Part shown: positions 1 through 12,026 of the stretch, in pieces
Layout of the letters: each line of letters starts with the position of its first letter
Numbering within the stretch: position 1 is the stretch's first letter
Source: Squalus acanthias
Lineage: Eukaryota
Direction: 5' to 3'
Assembly (NCBI GenBank): GCA_030390025.1
Contig: CM059430.1
Coordinates: 112,716,001-112,780,000, forward strand
Length of the DNA: 64,000 bases
Position numbers and translations under genes: made by a program
Notes under the pieces: generated by a model
The model's input: the letters and a program-made list of their open reading frames with translations, nothing else
The model's database searches: none
What the model was told of the DNA's origin: nothing

Positions 1-3000
1 GCCTACCCCTTATCCTGAGACTATGCCCCCTAGTTCTAGACACTCCAGCCAGGGGAAACAACCTCTCAGCATTTACCGTCAATCCCCTTCAGAATCTTGT
101 ATGTTTCAATGAGATCACCTCTCATTCTTCTAAACTAGAGTATAGGCCCATTCTACACAATTTCTCATCATATGACAGCCCTCTCATCCCAGGAATCAAT
201 CTAGGTGAACCTTCATTGCACCGCCTCCAAGGCAAGTATATCCTTCCTTAGATAAGGAGACCAAAACTATGCACAGTACTCCAGGTGTCGTCTCAACAAG
301 GCCCCGTACAATTGTAGCAAGACTTCCTTATTCTTATACTCCAATCCCCTTGCAATAAAGGCCAACATGCCATTTACCTTCCTTATTGCTTGCTGTACCT
401 GCATGTTAGCTTTCTGTGTTTCTTGCACGAGGACACCCAAATCTCTCTGAACACCAACATTTGAAAGTTTCTCACCATTTAAAAAATATTGTTTTTCTAT
501 TCTTCCTACTAAAGTGAATAACCTCACATTTCCCTACATTATACTCCATCTGCCACCTTACTGCCCACTCACTTAGTCTATCTATATCCCTTTGCAGACT
601 CTTTGGCCGCGATTTTATCGATTGATGCGGCTTGGGAGCGGGTCAGATGGCTTCCGGGTTCCAGTCCCGCCCCCAACTACATCCGGCCCACAGACGTGAT
701 TTTACGTCAATTGGCCTTGTTAAGCCCGCCCTGTGGGCTTGCCGGCCAATTAAGACGAAGCCGGTCAGATGACGTCATTTGATGATGTGTCATCTGCCGG
801 TTTTCTTAAAAGGGACCACGCACAATTTTTCTTTGACAGCTCATTTCTCAGTGTTTGACAGCATTGAGGTGCTGCAAACACGGACAATGACTGTTCACAG
901 GTGAGTTCTTGCACACAGGCTCTCCAGTGACTCCCTCCTTAGGCTAGAACAGATGGCAGCTGCAGGTGAGGATACAGAAGCGATCTGTCACTGCTAAGAG
1001 AGGTTCTCCCAATGAGGTGGGACTAGACATACAATTCAAAACTTGTGACCTGTAGAAAAGTCTAAATGCATTAAAAATGAATTTCCCAACATTTTCTTAG
1101 CTCAAACTCACCAGTGCACCATTGGATCCTTCACACCACTTCTGCAGCCGTCATCAATGCAGAAACATTACAGCAGACTCACAACACGCCACACTTACCT
1201 GGCGTGGTGTCCGGACGTCGGGAAGCCCGAAGTCGAAGTGTCAAAATTGAAAAAGAGCCTGTTAACTGCCTGTTAACCTCTAACAGGCAGTTAAGTGGCT
1301 ATAATCCTCTTCCCGCTGCTAGGTGTCGGGTCCATGCGCAAATCGGGAACCAGACACTTGGGAAGATTGATTGGAGGCGGGTTGACGGCAAGTTTCCTGC
1401 CTGGTCAATCTTTGCGATTTTGCAGGATGTCCCGCCTCCAAACCCGCCCCCTGAGCGCCGGCAAAATTCCGGCCGGTGTGTTCTCCTCACAGCTTACTGT
1501 CCCACCTAGCTTTGCATCATCAGCAAACTTGGATACATTACACTCGGTCCCTTTCTTCTGGGTCATTAATATAGATTGTAAATAGCGGAGACCCCAACAC
1601 TGATCCTTGCGGCACCCCACTAGTTACAGCCTGCCAACCTGGAAAAAGATCCATTTATCCCTACTCTCTGTTTTCTGTCTGTTAACCAATCCTCTATCCA
1701 TGCTACTATATTACCCCCAACCCCATGAGCCCTAATCTTGTGTAATAACCTTTTATGTGGCACCTTATCGAATGCCTTTTGGAAATCCAAATATACTACA
1801 ACCACTGGTTCCCCTTTATCTACCCTGCTAGTTACATCCTCAAAAACTCTAATAAATTTGTCAAACGCGATTTCCCTTTCATAAAACCATGTTGACTCTG
1901 CCTAATCATGTTATGATTTTCTAAGTGACTTGATATCACTTCCTTAACAATGGATTCCAGCATTTTCCCCACGACTGATGTCAGGCTAACTGGCCTGTAG
2001 TTCCCTGTTTTTTCTCTCCCTCCTTTCTTGAATAGCGGTGTTACATTTGCAACCTTCCAATCCGCTGGGACCATTCCAGAAGCAAGGGAATTTTGGAAGA
2101 TCAAAACCAATGCATCCACTATCTCTTCAGCCACCTCTTTTAGAACCCTAGGATGTAGGCCGTCAGGTCCAGGGGATTTGTTGGCTTTTAGTCCCATTCG
2201 TTTCTCTCGTGCTTTTTCTCTACTTATATTAATTACGTTAAGTTCTTCATTAGACCCTTGGTTCCCCATCATTTTTGGTATGCTTTTTGTGTCTTCTACT
2301 GTGAAGACAGATACAAAATATTTGTTTAACGTTTCTGCCATTTCCTTATTCCCCATAATAATTTCTCCTGTCTCAGCCTCTAAGGCACCAACGTTTACTT
2401 TTGCTACTTTTTTCATACTTGTAGAAACTCTTACAATCTGCTTATATATTTCTTGCTAGTTTTCTCTCATTTCTATTTTTTCCCCTCATCAATTTTTTGG
2501 TCAACCTTTGCTGATTTCTGAAACTCTCCCAATCCTCAGGCTTACTGATTATTCTTTGCAACATTATAAGCTTCTTTTTTCAATCTAATGCTATCCTTAA
2601 CTTCTTTAGTTAGCCACGGTTGGATCACGTTTCCCATGGAGTTTGTTTCTCAATGGAATGTATTTTTGTTGAGAATTATGAAATATTTCTTTAAATGCTA
2701 GCCACTGCTTATCTACCGCCATACCTTTTAATCTATTTTTCCAATCTGCCTTAGCCAACTCGCTCCTCATACCTATGTAATTGGCTTTATTTAAGTTTAA
2801 GACTCTAGTTTCGGACTTAGGCAAGTCACTCTCAAAATTAATGTGAAATTCTATCATATTATGATCACTCTTCCCCAGAGGATCCTTTACTATGAGATTG
2901 CTAATTAACCCTGTCTCATTACACAATACAAGATCTAAAATAGCCTGCTGCCTGGTTGGATCCACGCCATATTGTTCTAGGAAACTGTCCCGTATACATT

Positions 3001-4048
3001 CCATGAACTCGTCCTCCAGACTACCTTTGCCAATTTGATTTGTCCAGTCTATATGAAGATTAAAGTCGCCCAAGATTATTGCATTACCTTTGTTGCAAGC
3101 TCCTACTATTTCTTGATTAATATTCTGTCCAACGGTATAGCTACTGTTAGGGGGCCTATATACTACTCCTACCAGTGTTTTCTATCCCTTATTATTCCTC
3201 ATCTCCACCCATACTGATTCTACTTCCTGATCTTCCGAGCCGAGATCCTTTCTCGCTACTGTCCTAATGTCATCCTTTATTATCAGGGATACTCCCCCTC
3301 CTTTTCCATTCTGCCTATCTTTTTGAAACGTCAAGTCCCTGGAACATTTAGTTCCCAACCTTGGCCACCTTGCAACCATGTCTCTGTAATGGCTATTAGA
3401 TCAAACCCATTTATCTCTATTTGTGCCACTAGTTCGTCTATCTTGTTACGAATGCTTCGTGCATTCAGATAAAGAGCCTTTAATTTAAATGTTTTACCAT
3501 TATTCCCTGCTTTGACCTTATTCTCTGCTACCATTAAACTCTCTGTCCCTTCCTGTCACGCTCTGCTTAGTTTTACCCAAATCGCTACACTGTTCTATTG
3601 CCTTGACCTTTTTCTTTAGATTTCTAAATTTCCCCTCACCTGACCCCTCCCCCCCTTTTTTAGTTTAAAGCCCTATCTACAGCCCTAGTTATTTGTTTCG
3701 CCAGGATGCTGGTCCCGGGCCAGTTTAAGTGGAGCCCGTCCCGACGGAACAGCTCCCTCTTTCCCCAGTACTGGTGCCAGTGCCCCATGAATTGAAACCC
3801 CTTTTTCCCACACCACTCTTTGAGCCACGCATTTAACACTCTGATCTGCTTGACCCTATGCCAATTTGCGCATGGCTCAGGTAGTAATCCAGAGATTATT
3901 ACCCTTGTGGTTCTGCTTATTAATTTCGACCCTAGCTCCTCAACAGAACCTCATTCTTAGTTCTACTTATGTCGTTGGTTCCTACATGGACCACGACAAC
4001 TGGATCCTCCCCCTCCCACTCCAAGTTCTTCTCCAGCCATGAGGAGAT
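1..4048 (-). mobile_element. CR1 LINE, 5'-truncated in ORF1, frameshifted ORF2; interrupted by MITE at 605-1474
   Basis: Minus-strand ORF fragments give APE motifs (LNARSIRNK, ITETW, MGDFN, SDH) and RT motifs (KSPGPDG, NYRPVSL, LDFQKAFDKV, FADD). ORF1 esterase remnant at ~3660-4048. Element runs off the left edge of the window. Confidence 0.95.
605..1474. mobile_element. PIF/Harbinger-like MITE inserted in CR1 RT region
   Basis: TIRs GGCCGCGATTTT / AAAATTCCGGCC; the CR1 sequence (GACTCTTT...GTGTTCTCCTCAC) rejoins across it; TSD degraded. Confidence 0.75.
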
Positions 4049-4138
4049 ACAATTGTATTACCCCTTTACTCGTACTTGTATGTTCCGGTTTATAAAACCC
4101 AAAATGGCCTTTTTCATACCCTTACCTACCAGCATTCA

Positions 4139-4266
4139 CAGGTCGATGAACGACCTGAAACATTAACGCTGTTTCTCTCTCCACAGATGCTGCCTGGTTG
4201 AAGTGTTTTCCAGCATTTTCTGTTTTTATTTCAGATTTCCAGCATCCGCAGTATTTTGCTTTTGTT
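4139..4266 (+). mobile_element. Probable Penelope-like 3' terminal fragment with partial hammerhead (helix II + GAAAC)
   Basis: AGGTCG-ATGAA-CGACCT hairpin then GAAAC, followed by internally repeated TTCCAGCAT tail. Family assignment is from my recall of a common shark repeat. Confidence 0.45.
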
Positions 4267-4438
4267 TTAATTAAAGCATCCTGTTCGCCAGCTTTTTATA
4301 CACTACTTTTAAGCCCTTTACTGTCTGACTTCACGGTTTTATGAAAAGCAATTAAAAAACAGCCTATGGTATGTAGGCTAAACACCAATGTATTTGAAAC
4401 ACTACTGTTCAAATTTCAATTTCTAATCCGATTTTCCT

Positions 4439-4890
4439 GAGTCAGCCATGGCTCAGTTAGTAGCACCCTCACCTCAGAGTCAGAAAGTTGTGGGTTCAAA
4501 TCCCACTGCAAAGACTTGAGCACAAAAATCTGAGCCGACACTCCAGTGCAGTATTGAGGGAGTGCTGCACTGTCGGAGGTGCTGTCTTTCGGTTGAGACA
4601 TTAAACCGAGGCCCCGTCTGTCTCTCAGGTGGATGTAAAAGATCCTATGGCACTATTTCAAAGAGGAGCAGGGAAGTTATCCCCGGTGTCCTGGACAATA
4701 TTTATCCCTCAATCAACATTACTAAAAACTGATTATCTGGTCATTATCACATTGCTGTTTGTGGGAGCTTGCTGCGCTCAAATTGGCTGCCGCATTTCCT
4801 ACACTTCAAAAGTACTTCATTGGCTGTAAAGCGCTTTGGGACGTCTGGTGAACGTGAAAGTATATAAATACAAGTCTTTTTTTTCTTTTC
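4439..4890 (+). mobile_element. tRNA-derived Deu-core SINE (SacSINE1-like), near full length
   Basis: A box TGGCTCAGTTAG, B box GTTCAAATCC, Deu core (GATGTAAAAGATCCTATGGCACTATTTC), L2-like tail GTAAAGCGCTTTGGGAC...TATAAATACAAGTC(T)n. Confidence 0.85.
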
Positions 4891-5938
4891 TTCTTCCTGA
4901 AATAAATTGTTTGCATTGGATCAGAACTTCAGGGAATCATAAATGTGAAAACTGATTAGGAGCACATGGATTCAGAATAATAAAATGTGAGAGATATTTT
5001 CATTTCAGACAGGCAGTTTTCCAAAATGTTGTGAAGCAACCAACATACACATTATGTGTTCTCTGCTGGAAAATATACTTTATAAAATAATGATTTTGTC
5101 TAACAGCTGTAAATGAATACAGCTCATCTCTGGCAAGAAAAAAAATCTTGTTCAAAGGCACCATCAATGAAGTAGTCAGCACAAAATTTCAAAAGTACTT
5201 ATTCCTTTTGGATCAAAATCAAAATTGTAACCAAGCCCCTACAAGTAAAGATCATTTATTTCCATTATAAATCATGAATGGTAGGCAATCCATTGCCAAT
5301 ATGCAGCAGAGCAAAAGGATATGGGTTCACTTCTACAATATCCCAATATTTGCTAAATTGTTTGAGGGGGGAGAAAAAGAACAGGGGAGAAAGAGACAAG
5401 AGAGAGCGAGAAAGAAAGATCGAAAGACAGAAAGAAGGAATGACAGTCAATGGACAAGTTACACCAGGCTGCTCTCAAGCATGCCTTAAGGGATGCTTAC
5501 ACAGCAGTAATAGCAGATACCGGAGATGGGAGACTGAAAGAGGGAGGAAGAGAAAGGGAAGGTGGGAAAAATATTGTGGGACAAATAATTTCGTTTTTAT
5601 AAAAATGGATGGTTAGGTTTGTGCCATACTTGCAAGAACGCAGTATCGAAACTAGTTATCTAAACTGTAAGCTTCTATTTATGCAAAAATGTTTTGAATT
5701 CAGCCTTATTTTCAGTATCAGCAAATAGACACCTCTTCTGTTTAATAGGGTACCCCAAGTTAGAACATTTGAAGAAACAGCATCCCAAACTTTCCCCATT
5801 CTAATCAAACAATTGCGCAGAGGATACAGTTTACTCTAAAAGTGATGGATTCTGTTTAATTTTGAGCACTTTTAGTTTAAAAAAAATGAAGTGACTTTCA
5901 GCAGACCAACCAGATCATTACTTCCCCAAAAAAATATC

Positions 5939-6263
5939 CATCTTTCAGATGAGACGTTAAACCGAGGCCCCGTCGAATCTCTCAGGTGGACGTAAAAGAT
6001 CCCATGGTACTATTTCGAAGAAGAGCAGGGGAGTTATCCTTGGTGTCCTGGACAATATTTATTCCTCAATCAACATTACTAAAAACAGATTATCTGGTCA
6101 TTATCACATTGCTGTTTGTGGGAGCTTGCTGTGCAAATTGGCTGCCACGTTTCCTACATTACAACAGTGACTACAGTTCAAAAAGTACTTCATTGGCTGT
6201 AAAGCGCTTTGGGACGTCCGGTGAACGTGAAAGGCGCTATATAAATGCAAGTCTTTTTTTTCT
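5939..6263 (+). mobile_element. Deu-core SINE, 5'-truncated
   Basis: High similarity to 4585-4890. Confidence 0.85.
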
Positions 6264-6384
6264 TTTAAAAGTTAACTCCGTAATCCCTTTCCATATCCAA
6301 TCCCCTTGCCCTAGTTCGTAGAGACACTGTACTTCATCCAATTCCCCACTCTTTCATAGAGACATTCTCCCCACCTCCAACATT

Positions 6385-6695
6385 CCCAATTCTTGCTGGC
6401 ACTCTTCTCCCTCTTTTGTTCAATTCAAGCAGGCACATTTCTCACCTCTCCTCCAACCCAATACAAGCTGGCACTCTTCTTCTCGTTTTACAACCTCCCT
6501 CCACCTTCAAATTGGCACCCCTCTTTCCCCTCAATTTATGTTGGCACTCTTTCTCCACCCTCAGTTCACGCTGGTAACTCCCACCGCATCCCCCACCCCG
6601 TTCAAGCTGGCACTCATTTCTCCCCTCTTCAGTTCATGCTTGCACTCTTCTTCTTGTCCTCTTTCCTCAGTTAATGTCGGGACTTTCTTCTTCCA
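6385..6695 (+). repeat. Degenerate ~35-bp minisatellite with core TTCAnGCTGGCACT
   Basis: About 9 recurrences of GCTGGCACTC-like motif separated by pyrimidine-rich tracts. Confidence 0.55.
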
Positions 6696-7099
6696 CACTC
6701 CAATGTACGACTTCCAGCTTTCTTCCCCACTTCTCCCCTCTCTTTCTCCCTCTCTTCCACTCCCCGCCCCCCGCATCACTCTCAGTTTTCTCACCCTTTC
6801 ATTGCCATCTATTCCACCCCCGCCACACTCTCTCCCCTCAGCACTGCTCCTAGCTAAATGCTGCTGCTAACAGAAAAGATACCAGCTACGAGATACTGTA
6901 GGCGTGAACTCCCATTATCTTGAGAATTCCCTGTCTGCAGTATGCATCACCCGGAATTACTTCCATTAGCAGCAGGAGGCTTGTGGGAGGAGTGTTGATG
7001 GGTGAATCCACACTGATTTTTGTCAGCAAACACCAACAAAGATATCAGGCCGCCAAAACACTGCCCATCAGTATATAATGCTGCTGGTTGGCAAGCACA

Positions 7100-7900
7100 G
7101 AGATCAGAGACAGCAGAGAAAAGATAATTCATCTTTGATGTTATCGACCTCCTGGACAGGAAAGAGGATAAAAAGGGAAAGTTTTTTGCAGACCAGGACG
7201 GTCTATAAAAAGAGGCCAGAATATTAATCATGAAGGATTTTAACTAACTTGATATTGATTGGGGAAAAAAAAAGGAAAAATCAAAGAGAAGTGGACATTT
7301 CTAAAAGGGTACATGATTAATTCCTTATTCAATCTGTCCAACAGCCAACATGGTGAGCCGCTATTGTAGATCGAATCTTCAGCAATATGCATAAGGTAGA
7401 AGTAGGACAGCATCTGGATCCATGGATCATATTAGAAATGAAACATTCATTAGCTCAAAGACAACAGGGACACAAAAATACTGCACTTTAAGAGAGATAT
7501 CGAGGGAATACAAACGTGTTTAAAATGTTAATTGCTGAGAGATCTACAACAAAATAGTAGGGAGAGAGAAAATACTGGTACAGGTAAAATCAAAATTCAC
7601 TCAAGCCAAATCAAAACAGATAAAAGGCACCAGACACTAATGTGATTGAACAAGGATATAAATAGTATTAGGGAATAGCAGGTGGCATTAAAAGTGTGCA
7701 GGAAGCTTGGATAAATTATAAAAGATAAGCAAAAGCGAATAAAGGAATGAGAAACCAAAACAGCACTGAATGCTAGATTGTGATGAACAGGAGTTTTTCA
7801 AATATATAAAGTAAATGGGTGAAAAGTAACTGTCTTCTTAAAAATGATAGTGGGAAGATGGGATCCAGGGGCAATTTAAGTTATGAAATATAGTAGAACC
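7100..7900 (+). mobile_element. Ancient CR1 ORF2 relic (APE region)
   Basis: GGATTTTAACTAACTTGATATTGATTGG resembles GDFNxPDIDW; GGTCTATAAAAAG resembles the VYRPP region; heavily decayed. Confidence 0.55.
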
Positions 7901-8344
7901 TATTATTATGGCAGGTAATCAAGATGATTTGATTAACTACTAAATTTCAGAGTCTCCAAACTTGGGCAAGGAAACATCAGTCAGAAGCTGAAGCACGAGC
8001 TTGTTTATTTATTAATTGAGTCTGTTTAAGATGCTTGCTCTATTTACATAATAGCTTTTCCATTACTTTGAGTTCCACGTTAACATTCATGCCTCTGGCT
8101 GCTGGTGAAAAGAGCTGGCGGTTCCTTTTATTTAATTGGAACCAAATGACATACCATGGATTTTCAGAGATAATTTTAACAATGTAATTTTTTTAAATTT
8201 AATGTTGACTTTTAAGACTATTATAAGCTACCTTTCTCTTTGCCCTTCAGTGAAAATTGAAAGTCCTTTCATCTGGTTTGAATTTTTATATTCACAGGAA
8301 TGTCTGAGCCAATGCAGTTTTATTTAGCAGTAAGTCACAGAGCT

Positions 8345-8599
8345 AGTATGAATAATGCTTTGTGACAGGATTTTTTTCTTTAAAGTACATGTACAAATTT
8401 AACCAATAATTGTGAACAAATAGAATCCTTTATTGCTTCAATTGATACAGTAGACAATTCTGATGCAATTTTATTGCAACAAAGCATGGAATTATCAAAA
8501 ATATTTTCACACTGGAATGCTAGATTTTTAAATGCCCATTTTGTAAACAAAAATAAAAATCAAGTACCCAAATGGTTAATGTTGAGTCAAGAGGAAAAA
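8345..8599 (+). repeat. Left copy of ~255-bp direct repeat (long TSD of RTE)
   Basis: Nearly identical to 11074-11329 (about 5 differences seen). Confidence 0.9.
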
Positions 8600-11073
8600 C
8601 AGACCACCTCTGTCATCTCCATCAATGTAGCCCCAAAACAGCTGCAGCAACAGAAACAATGCCGCAGGAAAATTAACACTGGAGCACTCAAAGACCTCGC
8701 TAAGAAAGCCCTATTCAGCCTGCGCCTCACAAACAACCTGACGACTCCCAGTGATGCAGAGACACAGAGTGTCCACAGCGCCGGTCTGCACTCAAGACCT
8801 CATAATCAGCACCTGTGAAGAGATGCTCGGTCACTCGACCAGGAAACACCAAGACTGGTTCGACGAGAACAACCAGGAGATCCAGGAGCTAATAAGCCGC
8901 AAGCGCAAGGCATTCCTGATCTGGAAACAGCAACAGAACTCGAGCGCAAGAAAGCAGCTCTACAGACGCCTGAAGGCCGAGGTCTAACAAAAAACTCGCG
9001 ACCTAAAGAACAGATGGTGGGTGGAGAAAGCGCAGGAGATCCAGCAGCTAGCCGACAACCACGACGTGCGTGGATTCTTTAGCGCAGTCAAGACCATCTA
9101 CGGCCCAAGCACCCAAGGCCCTACCCCACTGCGGGCCAAGAACGGAGGTGTACTCATCAAGGACAGATAGGGAGTCAGTGCCCACTGGAAGGAGCACTTC
9201 GAGGATCTCCTTAACCGAGACTCTGTCTTCGACGCAAGTGTCCTCAACTCCATCCCGCAGCATGCTACCCGCCACCATCTCAGCACAACCCCAGCCAGCA
9301 TGAGGTTGAAAAGGCCATCCGACAACTGAAGAACAACAAGGCCTCAGGAGCAGATGGAATCCCCGCCGAGGCACTACAGCATGGCGGAGAAGCACTACTG
9401 GCGCGAATTCATGAACTCATTTCTCTTATCTGGAAGGAGGAGAGAATGCTAGGGGATCTCAGAGATGCCGTAATTGTGACCATCTTCAAGAAAGGTGATA
9501 AGTCCGATTGCGGTAATTACAGAGGAGTTTCCCTGCTGTCTGCCACAGGGAAAGTCATCGCAAGAATCCTCCTCAATCGCCTTCTCCCAGTGGCCGAAGA
9601 GCTCCTCCCAGAGTCGCAACGCGGATGCCGCCCACGAAGGGGCACAATGGACATGATCTTCACCGCACGTCAATTACAAGAGAAATGCAGGGAACAGCAC
9701 CAACCGCTGTACATGGCCTTCTTTGATCTCACAAAGGCCTTCGACACTGTCAACCGTGAGGGATTATGGAATGTCCTCCTCAAATTCGGCTGCCCTCAAA
9801 AGTTTGTCACCATCCTCCGCCTGCTTCACGACGACATGCAAGCCGTGATCCCAACCAACGGTTCCACCACAGACCCAATTCACGTACGAACCGGGGTCAA
9901 GCAAGGCTGTGTCATCGCACCAACGCTCTTCCCGATCATCCTTGCTGCAATGCTCCATCTCACCCTCAGTAAACTCCCTGCTGGAGTGGAGCTAATCTAC
10001 AGAACAAACGGGAAACTGTTCAACCTCCGTCGCCTCCAGTCCAGATCCAAGGTCGTCCCATCCTCTGTCGTCGAATTACAGTATGCAGACGACGCTTGCG
10101 TCTGCGCTCACTCGGAGGTCGAACTCCAAACCATCGTCAACACCTTCACCGAAGCGTACGAGAGCATGGGCCTTACACTAAACATCCGTAAGACCTAGGT
10201 CCTCTACCAACCTGCCCCCGCCACACAGTACTGCCCCCCGATTATCAAAATCCACGACAAGGCCTTGGACAACGTGGACCACTTTCCATACCTCGGGAGC
10301 CTACTGTCAACAAGGGCAGACGTCGACGGCGAAGTCCAACACCGCCTTCAGTGTGCCAGTGCAGCCTTCGGTCGCCTGAGGAAGAGAGTGTTTGAAGACC
10401 AGGACCTCAAACCCAGCACTAACCTCATAGTCTACAGAGCAGCAGTGATACCCGCCCTGCTGTATGCCTCAGAGACATGGACCATGTACAGCAGGCATCT
10501 CAAAGCACTGGAGAGGTACCACCAACGCTGTCTCCGCAAGATCCTGCCAATCCATTGGCAGGATAGGCGCACCAACGTCAGTGTTCTTGCTCAGGCCAAC
10601 ATCCCCAGCATCGAAGCTTTGACCACGCTCGATCAGCTCTGATGGACAGGTCACATTGTCCGCATGCTCGATACGAGACTCCCAAAACAAGCGCTCTACT
10701 CGGAGCTCCGGCACGGCAAGAGAGCCTCAAGTGGGCAGAGGAAACGCTTCAAGGACACACTCAAAGCCTCCTTGAAAAAGTGTAACATCCCCACCGACAC
10801 CTGGGAATCCCTGGCCCAAGACCACACAAAGTGGAGGAGAAGCATCCGGGAAGGCGCCGAACACCTCGAATCTCTTCGCCGGGAGCAAGCGGAAGCCAAG
10901 CGCAGGCAGCGCAAGTCAACCCAAGCACCCCACCCACCCGCCCCTTCAACCACCGTCTGCCCCACCTGTGACAGAGACTGTAGGTCCCGCATTGGACTCA
11001 TCAGTCACCTGCGAACTCATTTTTAATGTGGAAGCAAGTCATCCTCAGTTCCGAGGGACTGCCGAAGAAGAAG
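8600..11073 (+). mobile_element. RTE-clade (BovB-like) LINE, 5'-truncated, ORF disrupted
   Basis: KKGDKSDCGNYRGVSLL, FFDLTKAFDTV, GVKQGCVIAP, LQYADD, FPYLGS; C-terminal C2H2 finger CPTC...HLRTH; (GAA)n tail; several premature stops. Confidence 0.95.
9446..11026 (+). pseudogene. RTE reverse transcriptase and C-terminal zinc finger, broken by in-frame stops
   Basis: ORFs 9446-10198, 10265-10642 and 10664-11026 are collinear in one frame, separated by TAG/TGA. Confidence 0.9.
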
Positions 11074-11329
11074 AGTATGAATAATGCTTTGTGACAGGGC
11101 TTTTTTCTTTAAAGTACATGTACAAATTTAACCAATAATTGTAAACAAATAGAATCCTTTATTGCTTCAATTGATACAGTAGACAATTCTGATGCAATTT
11201 TATTGCAACAAAGCATGGAATTATCAAAAATATTTTCACACTGGAATGCTAGATTTTTAAATGCCCATTTTGTAAACAAAAATAAAAATCAAGTACCCAA
11301 ATGGTTAATGTTGTGTCAAGAGGGAAAAA
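11074..11329 (+). repeat. Right copy of ~255-bp direct repeat (long TSD of RTE)
   Basis: Begins immediately after the GAAGAAGAAG tail and matches 8345-8599. Confidence 0.9.
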
Positions 11330-11689
11330 AATTATGTTCCTTACATTTTATTACAGCACTGCTTTTACAAAATCAGATGAAAATAGCATGTACTTTGATC
11401 ACCCAGTGGACAAATGAAACAGGCCTCCTCATCTCCCTATCTGAAATCCTGACTGCTACTCCTCTCCTAACCTAAACCCATAACTCCTGATACTCATTAC
11501 AGCTGACCCAAGCCGAGCCAAACAGGTTCAAGATACATGCCTCGAATGTATATACCATTAAATTGACTATTAGGGGTATTAAGGAATGCCTTTAAAACCA
11601 ATCCTTAAATTTTTGCCATATGGATGTTGGTGCCATGCTCTTAAGTGTGACCTTTGAAAGGTGCAATACAACTGATGCATGCTAAAATC

Positions 11690-12000
11690 AAAACTTCAAT
11701 AGATTAATGACCAGGATAAGAGTGCAATACAAAACAAAATTGTAGATATCAAAACTGGAAGCACATAATGAACAATGCATCCAAATTGAGGACGATTTAG
11801 ATCTTTTAGATAACTGGGTTAATGGGTGGGAGAGGCAATTCACTAAGTATAAAATAATTAGTATGTAAGCAAGGAACCAAAAGAGGCACAATGTGTTAAA
11901 TGAAAGTGGTGAGGAAATACATCTGAGACATATAACAAATAAATTGGTGAAATCGGTAGCACAGTGCTGAGCTACAGCACAAAAGGCAAATAAAAGGTAG
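11690..12000 (+). mobile_element. Ancient CR1 RT relic
   Basis: GAGGACGATTTAGATCTTTTAGATAACTGG resembles QxDLDxLxxW; later decayed KKAN-like segment. Confidence 0.45.
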
Positions 12001-12026
12001 TATACAAGCCTTCTTGCAATACTGTA

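Noticed and set aside
4445-4510. tRNA genes at 4445, 38870 and 43400
   Set aside because: A/B boxes are present but there is no complete cloverleaf, and they run into SINE or LINE bodies.
6385-6695. CRISPR-like repeat-spacer pattern
   Set aside because: Repeat core is short and degenerate, and linkers are low-complexity pyrimidine tracts.
8474-11475. Duplicated ORF MQQSMELSKIFSHW as paralogous genes or LTRs
   Set aside because: It arises from the long TSD; TTG start, no TG...CA ends or primer-binding site, and the interior is a non-LTR RTE.
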